Below, piece after piece: positions 51,801 to 64,000 of a stretch of DNA of 64,000 nt. Source of the DNA: Auanema rhodensis (taxonomy: Eukaryota > Animalia > Nematoda). The position numbers were made by a program, and so were the translations under genes. Every line of letters starts with the position of its first letter. Within the stretch, counting starts at the first letter, position 1. A model generated the notes under the pieces. It had not been told where the DNA came from. It saw nothing but the letters and a program-made list of their open reading frames with translations, and made no database searches. The stretch covers positions 7,688,001 to 7,752,000 of the forward strand of contig OZ059898.1 of NCBI GenBank assembly GCA_964057225.1. Reading direction: 5' to 3'.

Positions 51801-54800
51801 GAATTATTATAAGTTATTCAACGAGCATCCCATGCTCGTAATGGATCGCCTGAAGGTTGATTTATTGAAGTTGCTGAAACAGGCACTAATGAAGGAGTTT
51901 GAGCTTCTACCCTGGAGGCCATGTCTGAATTTAGCGTTAAAAATATTTTAATTAATTTTAAAATTTACTTCTTCCTGTTGATAAGTTGCTTGACCTATCT
52001 ATAATTTAAAAATATGATATTAGAGTTTTAATCAGGCAGACTTACTATTCAACTCTAATGGTGGTTGGTCATAACCATAGCCTGGTGATTGAGGAACTGG
52101 CGCATTAGTATCTGAATAGTTAACTCTTATCTTCAAAAATATGTTGAAATAACGTACTTTCTGATCTTCGGGGAGGCTGTGAATCATAATAAGATGTCTG
52201 CCGTGGATTATTGATATTCTGAATTATTTGTAAAGGTGTAAAATAATAATATGTTTGCATACAGCTGAGAAGGCAGAGTTGATGTTGTTTTCTGGATAAG
52301 GCATTCCCGCTGTGCGATAACGCATTTTTTTATACATTTTACAAGCAAAAACAAGTAAAATTGCTCCTAGAAGAAGACCCTAAAATCAAATGTATTACCT
52401 AAAGTTAAAATAAATAATATACATTACCTCAATTACTGCAAAGACTACTGCTGCTGAGTGATTATTAACATGTTTTACGGTAGTACTTTCACTGTGAACA
52501 ATCACAGAGTATATCATTGTTGCGTTTATTTTAAAACTTTCAAATGAAGTGTTAGTAGGATTAAATTGAATGACTGGAATTTGAGTAAGTGAAACAATCT
52601 TTGGATCGTTGTTTGTTGTAAGATTCTTGATACTGTATGTGAGATTGAATTTAGCATTATATACATCTTTTGTTTTAACAGATGACATGTTATAATTCAA
52701 AGTGAATATATAAGAATCAAACTTTTGAATTTGATCGGCAGCCTATAAAAATGATTTATAATATGATGAATAAGAAATAAATTTAAAACTTACATCTATA
52801 ATAAGATAATCATTCTTATTTGTTAACGCATTTACTTTAATTGTCTTATTTTCTTTATCTGTCATAAGCTAAATTTATATATTATATTTAAAATTTAAAA
52901 CTAAAAAAGCATACTTGAATACTTTCAAAACTTCTGGACATATTATTACTATCCCATGGATCAAATACTAATTCCAAAGATTGAAATTGCATATATACTT
53001 CTTGAATACATCTTACAGAAGAAAATATTCCAATAAGTAAAAAGTATAATTTCATTCGTTTTCTAAATATTGCAGATGGAACTATGCTTGGAAAGTGTGC
53101 GAACGAACGAACAATTTGGAAGATTGGAATCTTTTCGCCCATGCAACGCTTCACGCGTCTGATGTCGAGCTAGGTTTGTACAAATAATACAAAAAGATTC
53201 AAGCATTTAAAAACAATATCACATTAATTTTTAAAATAAAAAAGTGTCTGTTACATGAGTAAAGCGTATGATTAACTTTGAAATACTGCTAGCTGATATG
53301 CCGCTTATCAAGCAATGCATATGCTTCTCTCCAAGCATAAGGAATCAATAGGTGCTATTCGGGGCGATGTATTGAGGAGTACGAAATAGGATGACGTCGT
53401 TTAAGAATAATGATATCAATAATGTGATAAGAATCTTCAACATACAATTGTTCCAGCTCTTCGAATTTTTCGACATATAGGGGATGTCTCAATGGTTTTT
53501 GCTTTGGAACGATTATTGCCAATCGAAGACAAAAATCTATTAGCTGGGCAGGTATAGCAAATGTGAGATTGTCTGCCAAATACATATTTTCATCAGATTG
53601 CTGTGCTATTAGGCAGATTTGATCAGGCTGAACAACTTTTTCTTAAAAGCTCGGAGCCTATAGAGGCACTGAATGTAACAAATCTTAAAATTTTATCAAT
53701 CATTTGGTTATGTTTCTTTAATTTTTAGTTAAGAAGAGATCTTCTGGATTGGCCAGTAGCATTAAAGTTAGGAGAGCAATTAGCTCCTGATGAAATTCCT
53801 TATATAGCTAAAGAATATGCCCAACAATTAGAATTTGTGTCAGTTAATTTCTCATAGAATGGGAATGTTAAGTCCATATAATACTAATTATTTCAGTGGA
53901 GATTATGCATTAGCTTTAGCTCATTATGAAAGAGGAGTTATTGAGGATGATAATAACACAGAAAAAGTGAGAAAATATATTTGAATTCATTTTAAGTTTC
54001 ATTTAAGGTGATGGAACATAATGAGGTTTGTGGTTCAGGAATTGCTCGAATGTCTATACGTACTGGAGACATTCGAAGGTAATACATTCATTACTTATAT
54101 TAATTTATTATCCAAATAATTTTTATAGAGGAATTCAGTTGGCTAAAGAACAGGAAGGACGATTAGTAAAAAGAGATTGTGCTATTGCATTAGAACAGTT
54201 AAAAGTATGATTTGTATATGTTATAATGTTATTGACATTTTTTAAAGCAATATGGAGAATCTGCTGAACTCTATGAATTAGGGCAGTACTATGATCGAGC
54301 AGCAGCCGTCTGTTTAAAGGCTAAAGCATGGTATATAAACACAATTGTATGCATCTAATTAAGTTTGAATTTAGGGGTAAAGTTGCGGAATTATTACCGA
54401 AAGTTAGGTCTCCGAAAATTCATGCCCAATTTGGAAGAGTAATGGAATCAGAAAAAAAATATAAGCAGGCTGCAGTGGTATGGCAATGATTTATTACTAA
54501 TTGTTTATTTTTTGTTTTCAGGCTTATAAGAATGCAAGAGACTATGATAACCTTGTACGAATCTTACTTGATCATTTGGATCAAGCTGAAGAAGCAGTTA
54601 ATGTTGTTCGTGAGAGTAGAAGTGTAGAAGGTGCAAAACTGGTGGCTAAGTTGGATTACCAAACCCTCTATATTTGTTAAATCGGTGTTTAAGATTCTTC
54701 TCAAAGTTGGGAGACCACAGTTCAGCTATTCAATTCCTTGTGATGTCCCAATGTCAAATGGAAGCCTTTCAACTTGCTGAAACAAATGATAGAATGTTAG

Positions 54801-56247
54801 ATTATGCTAATGCTATTGAAGGTTTTCTATAAGTTATACTTCAAAATATTTGTAAACAAATAATATATAGATTGTGGTACACCTGATCAGTTTTCTCAAT
54901 TGGGAGAATACTTTGCTAATATAGGTGATATGGTTAACAGCGGAAGATTTTTCATCAAAGCTGGTCATTACAATGTGGTTTGTGCTCTATTCTATTATTT
55001 TAAGCTTTCATTTGCAATTATAGGCTTTGAATCATTTAATGCAAGCTGGTGATGTTAATGAAGCATATTTACAAGGTATTGATGCAGTTGCCAAATCTGA
55101 AGATCAAGGTTTAATAAACAAATACAAAGATTATTTGATGGGGGAATTAGATGGTGTTCCAAAGGTATGATTAAACTAAATATTATTAATTGAAACATCT
55201 TTTAAGGATGCACATTATCTTTTCCGATTCTATGTAGCTTTAAAACAAACCAAAGAAGCAGCAAAAACAGCAATCATTATAGCAAGAGAAGAACAAGAAA
55301 CTGGAAAATATGCAAAAGCCCGAGACGTCTTATTCTTCATGTATCGTGTAAGTATTGCCATTATATGATGAAAGAGTAACAATTATTGAATTATAGGAGT
55401 TATCAGCTAAACAAATTCGTATACCTCTCGAAATGGAAAATAATCTTATGTTAATACATTCATATCTTCTTGTCCGGGTTAGTTTTTGAGTTAGATTAAG
55501 AAATACATTACTTGGGTCTTTTCTTCTGTAGGTTCTCATGAATAAACAGCAGTGGCTTAGAGCTGGAAGATTAATCACGCGTGTGGTAGCTAACATCAGT
55601 AGATTTCCTTCTCGTATAATTATAAGTTTTTATATTTAGTGAAATAATTCTTTTCAGATATTGTTCCCATTCTAACGTCTTCAGTTGTGATATGTTCTAA
55701 AGCTGAGCTTCACAGCACAGCTCTTCAATCAGCACTACAACTAATGAATCCAACATATCGAAACAAGATTGATGCTAAATATAAGAAAAAAATCGAATCT
55801 CTCGTCAGGTTGAACACAAATTGAATTTTTATTTTATAAAATTTTCTTTTTTCTTTAAGAAAGGGAGAACGTAAGCCTGATCCTGAAGATCCGAAAACAC
55901 CATGTGTATTCTGCCAAACTCCTTTGCCAGAGATGGAACTGTATTGCAACAACTGTAAAAATCACCTTCCGTACTGTATCATTACGGTACTTACAGTTCC
56001 TATTCTCTTAATAGTCATATTCAATAATTACAGGGACGACACATTGTTTTGAACGATTTTTCATTATGTCCTTCTTGTGAATTTCCCGGATATTATTCAG
56101 AATTCAAACGGTTTGTTAAATAACATAGGTGATAACAAAAGAAGTATTTGTAGCATGGAAACTTGCCCACTTTGTAATTCTTCATTGAAAGAAGCGATTC
56201 CTGGAGATATATCATCATTTCTAATTAAAATAAATCATACATTTTAG
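48805..56247 (+). CDS. dyf-2: IFT144/WDR19 intraflagellar transport complex A protein
   Basis: About 40 small exons. WD40 N-terminus ([36 protein letters not shown]), TPR region ([29 protein letters not shown]), C-terminal LPYCII/TGRHI zinc region. Confidence 0.97.
51818..53055 (-). CDS. sid-2: Nested antisense type I membrane protein (~300 aa); putative SID-2 orthologue
   Basis: Eight phase-consistent exons inside dyf-2 intron 51765-53075. Signal peptide [16 protein letters not shown]; ~160-aa ectodomain rich in N-glycosylation sequons; [24 protein letters not shown]; basic stop KMYKKMRYR; Pro/Ser/Tyr-rich tail ending [10 protein letters not shown]. The gene model is high confidence; the sid-2 identity comes from position and remembered motifs. 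Confidence 0.72.
53304..53431. promoter_or_regulatory. Two TGATAAG (ELT-2-type GATA) sites upstream of the nested sid-2-like gene
   Basis: CTTATCA at 53304-53310 and TGATAAG at 53425-53431, both within an enlarged (283 nt) dyf-2 intron, 53174-53456. Confidence 0.5.
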
Positions 56248-56409
56248 GAAATCTTATTAACAATGAAATAAAATAACGTGTAATTAAGAAGATATATTTT
56301 TATTTTCTAATAAAGTGAACAAAAGCAACCCAAACGACTACATTACACGTAAGAAGATTTATGAGAATCTTAATTTTGAGAATTTGAAGATAATTTATTC
56401 TTTTGACAT

Positions 56410-59400
56410 CTAATGTCTTTGCTCGTGCATTAATTTATTCCGTTTTGTAAGAAAAACTAAACCGCAGAAAGAACATTTCAAATCAGTGCTATCCAAATGG
56501 AAAGATTCCTCATGGACCCTCCGCTGAAAATAAAAAACATTGTTGAACTATATGACTGGCTAAGTTACAACCTCATGTTCTCTAAGCCTTTGTAAGGTAG
56601 AATATACTCCGCTACAGTAACTACATCTGAAATCATATATTTATAAAAATAATAAAATATATAAATTACGGATAAGCATTCTGATCATTCTTATGGACAT
56701 CTTTGATGTGAGCATACAATTTTTTACGACTTTGACATACCTAAAACTTTCTTATGATACTTAAGGTAAAATAAACATACCTTAGGACATAGCAAGCAGG
56801 GAGAAATTATTTCTCTTTCAATTGGTTTTAAATGTTTTCCTTCCAACATATGAACTAGCCGTATATGTTTTGTTACATCTTGTACTTGTAATCCAACATA
56901 AGAACATTTAGTACATCTAAAATGTTTTCTATGCATTACATCCTAAGAATGAAAATTTTACTTATAGCCAGATACTCCTGGAATATGACTAACATCTGGT
57001 GGTGGCAGTTCTGATTTTTTTTCGACAGAACTGCTAGCTAATAATGTCAACAAACTGTCTTTTCGTAAAGATATGCAATTCTAAAATCAATAGTAGAAAT
57101 AGGCATATATAGTTGAAATTACTGTTATCTTAGGAGACTCTAAGTTGGAACTAATCGCCTCTGAAAGGGTTCGGAAAGGTGATGCGGATCCTGTTGAGCG
57201 TCCAGCCTAACAACACAATGTTTAATATCTAGGCAACGGAAGATATTTAGAGAGGAAATGCTTAAACAACAGTACTCAATTTCGAACTACACTCTGTAGA
57301 AGTATGACTGAACAACAGAGAAAGGTGGTAAGTTTCAGTTAAAGTTTAGAAATTTGAAGTATTATAGACTGGTCAAAATTTCTATGAAGAATGGATGGAT
57401 TTCAAAACAAAGGTAAAACTAAGAAAGAATACAAAAATAACTTCAAATGTAAGGTGTCTCGTCCACCTTCAACTTTGTCTAAAGAGAGCATACCAAGGAC
57501 ACAGAAGACAAACTTCTATCTCTCACAGGACTATGCTAATGGAGATCAGGTAATTTTCTAAACATAATTCTAAAACTTTGAAGTAAAAATAGGAGAGTGC
57601 GAAAAATAAAAACAAATCTAATAAAGAGGCCATGAATAATTCAAAAGAAAGAGCTTCTGAATCCTCGGTAATATTAATTGTTGTTTATTATATTTTAGAT
57701 AATATCAAGCGTTTCAGATAATCGGTAAAATTAAAAGTGAGTTCAGGCCATACTATAAGTGGGTTTCTAATGGAAAGACGGATGACATGTCTCCGGAAAG
57801 AATTAAAAAGATACTATTTCCAAACAAATAAAATGTTTGATAACTTTCAAAAATTGAATAATAAAATATAAAAAATCTTCAAAAAGAGGTTGAATATGCA
57901 TACCGTTGGGAAAAGGGTGGCAGGCACCTTAGGAGATGCTACTGATACGGTGTTTTCCATCTGTAACCAATCTAAAAAAAAAATAATAGGAGAACTAGAA
58001 CTAAGTAATACTAGATGTTGGATCAGATGTGTTAGTAACTTCCGTTGTTGTTTTACCATTTCCTGGTTGTTGAGAATTCTGTAATTATGTTTGTTGCTAC
58101 TGTATGAAATATTAAAACATACAAGGAACAAATCTTGAGTTAAACTATTATTAACTTGTTCATCGTTCTCTCCATCACAAGAACTGCTGGAATCTGAAAT
58201 TAAAATCAAATTTAATGCTCAAGGAAAGTTATTTTTACTTTGAATTGGAGTATCTGATTTATATATCTCGGAAGAGTTTGAAGCAGCTGTTAACTGGAAT
58301 ATGGTTTACAATGAGGCTTATTTAGAATATAAACAAACTCGAGATAAGAAATCAGTCATTTTTGTTTGTGGTTTACTTTCAACAGCTTTTGTAATCCTAC
58401 TTTTGATTTCTAGATCTTTTTGCAGTTTCCCATATCTGAAAAATTACTTCTAAAAAAACTTTTTGATGTTTCTAAACCTTGTGAAAGTGTCTTTCCATTT
58501 ATCCTTATCTGTTTTATGAATATGTGTTTTAGGTGTTTGTGCTTCTTCTATGTTCTTATTGGGTGTGTTTTCCAGACTCTGTAAGACGTTTGAACAATTA
58601 ATAACAATTCATGGTAGACTCTAACCTTGGCTAATTCGAGCGATTTTCTAGCACTAGATCTTGTAATTCTTTCTAAATCAGTATTTTTAAACAACATTTT
58701 TAAGCATGCAAGAGTCGTACTAGGTGTACTAGGTGTAGCAGTCTCATTTCCTTCTCCAGCACTTTCTGTATTTAATTCTGAATTTGGAGTATTCAAACTT
58801 AAACCAAGTGTTCTGAGGCTTTGACTAGACATAGAAATCGATGACCGAGGCGACGAATAAGGTGTTAACAAGGCTCTAAATTAGAAAAATATATCGAGTA
58901 TATAAGATGCTTACTACATGTTTTCAGAATGTAAACCTGTACAATGACGCATCAGATTTTTCATTTCTCTAGCTGAAAAATCACACAAAGCACAAGCAAT
59001 TTTTTTAACTATTACTGACTTTTCCAAATTGACAAATGGAAAAGAAAGTCTTATTTTATCTCTGAAATGAGAAAGGTTATTAAAAATATTGCATTGAATA
59101 TCTCACTTTTCGTCCTGAGAGAACAAAGCGCAACCTTCGTCGTTGCGATGTGACTCAATAACATGTACAGCTAAAGTAGTTAGTCTGCCATACTTTGGAG
59201 ATTTCTTCAGAGTTTTGATACATATTGGACATATTCGTGAACTGAAGCAACAATTCATTGAGCACTCACAATTAATTCTATAAACCTTTCCTTGTTTTGT
59301 AAATGCATTTCATAGTGTGTCGTAAGGTGCGACAGACTGTTATATGTTTTAGAACATTTTGAACATGAAATTGCATTTTTGACATCATCTGCAAGGATTA

Positions 59401-62400
59401 ATGATTTTAAATGCACTCTATGAAATGAAGGTTACCTTGATCAGCAAATGTCCTGATAACTGCATTAATATCAAGCATAGGAATGGATTCTTGGTATTTT
59501 TGCACATCTCTGTTAAAAGTTCAAATACTTTGAAATTATATAGTTCTTACAAAGAATTCATCCAAGTTTTAGCATCTGGGTTATTTTTATGTGTCCTCAT
59601 AATGTGGAGAAGAAGCGACGCGTCAGGATACAAACTGGACAGGAATGTTTTCTTACAAAATCTTTAAAGGAATAGCGTATAATAAATCGGTATCGTTACA
59701 AACAAACATGCAAACAATTCTAGGAAGAATTTGGTTTGCCTTAGGAGTTGATATAGATTTCGTAGGTGATTTCGTAGGTGATTTCGTAGGTGATTTCGTA
59801 GGTGTTTTCACATTACTCCTGATCTTGGTAGCCACATTTTCTAGTGCTAAGACATTACCACTCTGTCCAAAACAATATCTTGCATGTGCTTTGAATCCTG
59901 CGTATCCTACATACTTTCTGAACAGAAACCACTTCTAGTACGAATATTATAGAAAAATCTTACTCGCATTCCAAACAGAAGAATATAATACTTTTCTTCT
60001 CCCTAGATTCTATAACAGATTTTATGGGATCGATACGATATATGGGCTCCGTACATAAAAGTTCATTTGTTATATTTCTGAAAATCAATACCAATTGCTA
60101 TTCAGAATTCCGAAAGATCCTACGCATTTTTTACACGTTCTTCTATATCATCCTCGTTGAGATGATCGTTTATAAGATGCAAAACGTATGAAAGAATAGG
60201 GTTCACAATTCTTCGCCTTTCTTCTTTCATTTTAGTACAATCTTTATACGGACAGTCAAGTCTTAAAATAAATAAGATTACGTACTACGTTAGATATTCA
60301 ACTTACACTTCTTTATGATAACGATTAGAATGTTGCAACAGCTCGTGTTGAGTGTGAACACTAACATCACATTTTGCACATACCAAACATAGTGTTGACG
60401 ATTTTAATGTATAAGCAAACGATTTTTCATAATTCAAAAAAGGTCTAATTAAATTGAAAGGGAACTTCTTTCTAAAAAGACATGATAAAAGTTTATATGG
60501 TTGACAAAATTATACCCCATTTCCTGAGCAAATTCGTAAGCCGTCTTGTCTTCAGCATGTGCACCTATGATATGAAATAGCTGGGTGAAGTTTTTGGAAT
60601 ATTTATTTCCTGCTCTGATCCTAATTCCACAACTTTTCAAAGGACAACGAGTTCTGCAAGATTGAAGAATGTATCTAACAAAATGATGAAACTTACGAAT
60701 TACCACAAGTATCCCGACTTTGCGGTGTTGCTACGGTTTTTTCTTTAACACATCGCATAAAATGCGTTAGTAGAGATGTGAAGCGTCGGTCAGGCTTTCC
60801 ACAAGATGAACAACGTATGGAGTCCTAAATATAACATGCTTAAGTATATTTTAATCTTGCACTCACTCCAGGTTTCAATAAGAATGGTATAGGATTGAAT
60901 GGTTCTTCTTCCAACAACATCTTTCTGAAGACAACATTGAAAACAATGTTTCAACAAAAATTATTACCTTTTTCGATTCAAAAGTAATCGAACTGTAGGA
61001 TTATCAGAATGATTTAGAATGTAATGAGAGAGAAGAGTAAGTTCAGTAATTCCGTTGCTCCTATTTGCCATTCCAGAAACTTTAACCAATGGTGTTCCCT
61101 GAAAATTTATAGAGACTATAACCAACTAGAAAATGTTATAACTAACTTTGCAAAACACACATCGGCGACATTGCATCTTGTCTAACGCATTAATTTCCTC
61201 AACAGTTGGGTGTATAGGTATATCCATGGCTCTGAAGTTTTTAATAACATGAAATAATGAAATATATTTCCTTACTCATCGCATAATTCAAATTGGCTTC
61301 GGATAAATGTCATTTTATCGCTATTTATTTCGAAATTTGAACTTGGTCCATCTGAAAAAACAAATTAAATTCTGTTTATTCTTAGCCTTCCATCTAACCT
61401 TGTCCTGGGTGAAAACTAGAAACACTTCCGCTACTAGCTGTAGTATCAAATATTTGGGATATGGTATGTGGCTTCGAGGTTCCGAAAGTCATTTCTTGAA
61501 CATTTGCTTCATCAATATTTGACTTTAGAGACGCTTCGAAAATCATTTTATGATCATCTAGCTTTTCTTTCTTTCCATCATTATCTTCAAAGGATTCCGC
61601 CGTAGACTCAGCTTCCGAATAATCTAATTCATCAAACTTTTCAGTATCAGAAGAGTCAGCATCACTTGATGAACTACTTTCTTTATTTCTAAAACAAATT
61701 TTTTTTAAAAATCTACTCTTCTATACCATACAGAGCAATTGCAAACTGCTTTGTAGTAAATGATTCTGAAATTTTAGCAGTAGCATCTTTTGCAGAACGT
61801 CGAGTAGATCTCCGACCTGAAAAAACACTCTGCCCGAATTTCAACTTTTTTAAAGATATTACTAGATTGTGTACTAGAAGTCGGAGATATTAATTCGGAT
61901 TGACCCTGAATTGTTTCATTATCATTCGACGAAAATAATTCCTTCTTCTCTGTGAGGGCAGAATGTTTCTTAGTAGAGTCATCGTTATTAGGAATCTAAC
62001 AAAAACGGAAATAATAAAGGATTCTTTCTAAGAAAATTATTAATGTTTAACTTCTATGCTTTCTTCAATTTAGAATCAAATACGTGAATACTTACATATT
62101 GATTAGAAACTGGCCCGATCTCACGTTCTATCATACAATCAGGCACTGGAGCTCTCACAGAAGCAACCACTGATTCAACAAGTTGATCATCGCTTGATTC
62201 AACCGTTCGAATCACTGGATTAATAGAAGATTCTATAACAGAATCTTCCGCGATTTCTACTAGTGGTCCCTGTTTTAGCTCTGCCACTGGCTCTACTAAT
62301 TGGCCTACAGTGATATTGGAAGGTTGAAACGAGCCATTACATAGAGATTTTTTCAAACTTTTCCCTAAAGGACCCATAATTTTTTTCGGAGCTATTCCTA

Positions 62401-63925
62401 TCTGTAATGAAAAAGGAAGATACAAATACAAACAAACAGGAAAATACTTGCTGATTCTTATAATCCTTCTTGGCAATATCCTTTTTTTTCAGTGTTTTGA
62501 AATCTTCATTGGATAGCATACCTTTTCTAAATGAATATGAATTTAAACTATAAGCTCTTGAAACAAAATTACTTATTAGGTGCGTATCCATGAACAGCAA
62601 TATGATCTAGAAAGCTTGAAGGTAAACCACACCAAAAACAAAAATAGCAAATCTATAAAAATAATATAATATAATTTTTTTAAAATGTGAGTAAATACCT
62701 TGAAATCTTTCGCTGATTTTGGAAGCATCATGTGTGTCCATGGACATTGAAAGTCGTTCGGGTCGCTAAACTCATAGGTAACTCAAATTTAAAGTTAAAT
62801 TATTTACTCTATCTCGAAAGATCTATTAGAAGTAATGGGATCAATGGTAAGCAAATTAATTGTCAAGCGAAGTTGATTACTCAGTATGCTCCTGGAACAC
62901 GATTATTTACAACCAAAAATTGAAAAACCAAACCATTCATGAGCAATGAAAGCTTCAGAGAACAAGCCGTCATGAAATTCCAAAAAGTGTTTCAAAACAT
63001 AAAGTTGCAACAATGTTTCAGAAGGAAACTAAAATGATTAATTAAAAGATATTTGAATGAAAAATATATTTTACATGAAGTACATCATCTACATGACCAT
63101 GTTGATCACAAGGCAGTGGACATCTCCATTTATAAACAAGCAAGGAATTTGTATTATCCAACTCCTAAAAAAAAAAATTAAGAATATATGACAAGGGTAT
63201 TCCTTTTACCGTCACACAATACATTTTTGAATATCTTAATAAGCTTAACGGGAACATTTCTTTACTAAGTAAATTAGCCTCAGCTATTTCTTGTATTAAT
63301 TGAAACTCCGTTCTTTCACCATGTCTGAATTCTATTCAGAGTAATTTTGAGCATTAAGAACAGCTTACGTTTTTAAATCATTATGATAATCGTCAAGAAC
63401 AAAATGAGATGAGATTCGTCCTATTGATATAGGGTTAACACAAATTAAGCAGATTACTGTTTCACTTGGTATAATTTCATGCTAAAAGGTCAATAAATAG
63501 TAAATTATAACTGACTATACAAAAACCTCTCGTTGACCACGTCGAATCATTTCAACAATTAAATCTTTATTTGAATCACTGTATTCATCCATATAATAAA
63601 ATACGCTCCTAAATCATTACAGATAACTATTTACCAACATATACTTATACATACCTATATTTACTTTCAAGCCGTGAGCTCCAACTACTGTATTTCTCAA
63701 AGTCTAAATCACAATCTTTTTGTAGGCGATTCCTTAATAGGTTTAAATGTCTATAAACGCTAGAAAATCATTCATACCATTCTTTTGAACATAACGCCTG
63801 CAATTCTTCATTATCAGAGTGATATGTTTTGAAATGCCTCAAAACATATAAACGTAAAGATATATCATTACGAAACTTGTGTGGCATATGCCTAGCTAAA
63901 CCAACGTCACACAATACGCATACCC
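56410..63925 (-). CDS. Large multi-C2H2 zinc-finger protein, 3' part (5' end beyond the window)
   Basis: Many small exons with C-x2-C...H-x3-5-H units (e.g. FRCTKCSYVGLQVQDVTKHIRLVH, LKCSFCGLVFLTKRNKLMHEQRH*) interspersed with Ser/Thr/acidic linkers. Confidence 0.8.
57304..57831 (+). CDS. Small orphan gene nested antisense in a zinc-finger gene intron
   Basis: CTGTAG acceptor, then exons 57304-27, 57368-412, 57454-549 and 57593-667 (all phase 0; introns 40/41/43 nt) plus a last exon. Protein begins MTEQQRKV/TGQNFYEEWMDFKTK/VSRPPSTLSKESIPRTQKTNFYLSQDYANGDQ/ESAKNK... The last acceptor is ambiguous (stop at 57831 or about 57870). Confidence 0.7.
59756..59803 (-). repeat. Coding 12-bp tandem repeat x4 encoding (PTKS)n
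   Basis: GATTTCGTAGGT x4, perfect, giving TPTKSPTKSPTKSPTKS in the zinc-finger protein. Confidence 0.95.
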
Positions 63926-64000
63926 TGAAATCAAAGTATTTAAATCATTATATAAAAATTCTCCAACCATCTATAAGGCATTAGCTTATTTTCATGCACT

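Noticed and set aside
62-62923. Most ORF-track entries antisense to genes or running through introns
   Set aside because: They are shadows of spliced exons or AT-rich read-through, not independent genes.
1-64000. CRISPR arrays, rRNA, tRNA, transposase or reverse transcriptase genes
   Set aside because: None seen. The window is eukaryotic, with no repeat-spacer arrays or recognisable mobile-element ORFs.

Overview
AT-rich (roughly 30% GC by eye) eukaryotic DNA from a rhabditid nematode. It is gene-dense, with very many ~40-50 nt GT-AG introns, TTTCAG/TTTTAG acceptors, trans-splice-like acceptors just before ATGs, and operon-like spacing. Intron density looks higher than in C. elegans, so the species is probably outside the Elegans group (inference). 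I assembled about 24 spliced genes by hand: Golgin-45-like (partial), hlh-8/Twist, GlcNAc-6-P deacetylase, SLC36/skat-1, an alpha-arrestin, a small Cys-rich membrane protein, hsp-12.2, an orphan with chromo-like features, pdi-4/ERp72, UQCR10, rpl-21, hse-5, SLC13, a secreted orphan, mcm-10, a BTB/BACK protein, ZNF622, MAK16, nfx-1, rps-13, dyf-2/IFT144, a large C2H2 zinc-finger gene (partial), and two antisense nested genes. Most recognisable genes match C. elegans chromosome III neighbourhoods. Highlights: (1) an 8-exon type I membrane protein gene nested antisense in a dyf-2 intron, whose position, size, topology and motifs match SID-2, the intestinal environmental-RNAi dsRNA uptake protein generally described as Caenorhabditis-restricted; (2) an unexplained ~400-nt intergenic element (16349-16750) that folds into a closed multi-hairpin RNA with G-U pairs favouring the + strand; (3) a structured, T-loop-containing first intron in rps-13; (4) a second nested antisense gene in the zinc-finger gene. 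Orthology calls rely on remembered C. elegans sequences, not database searches.
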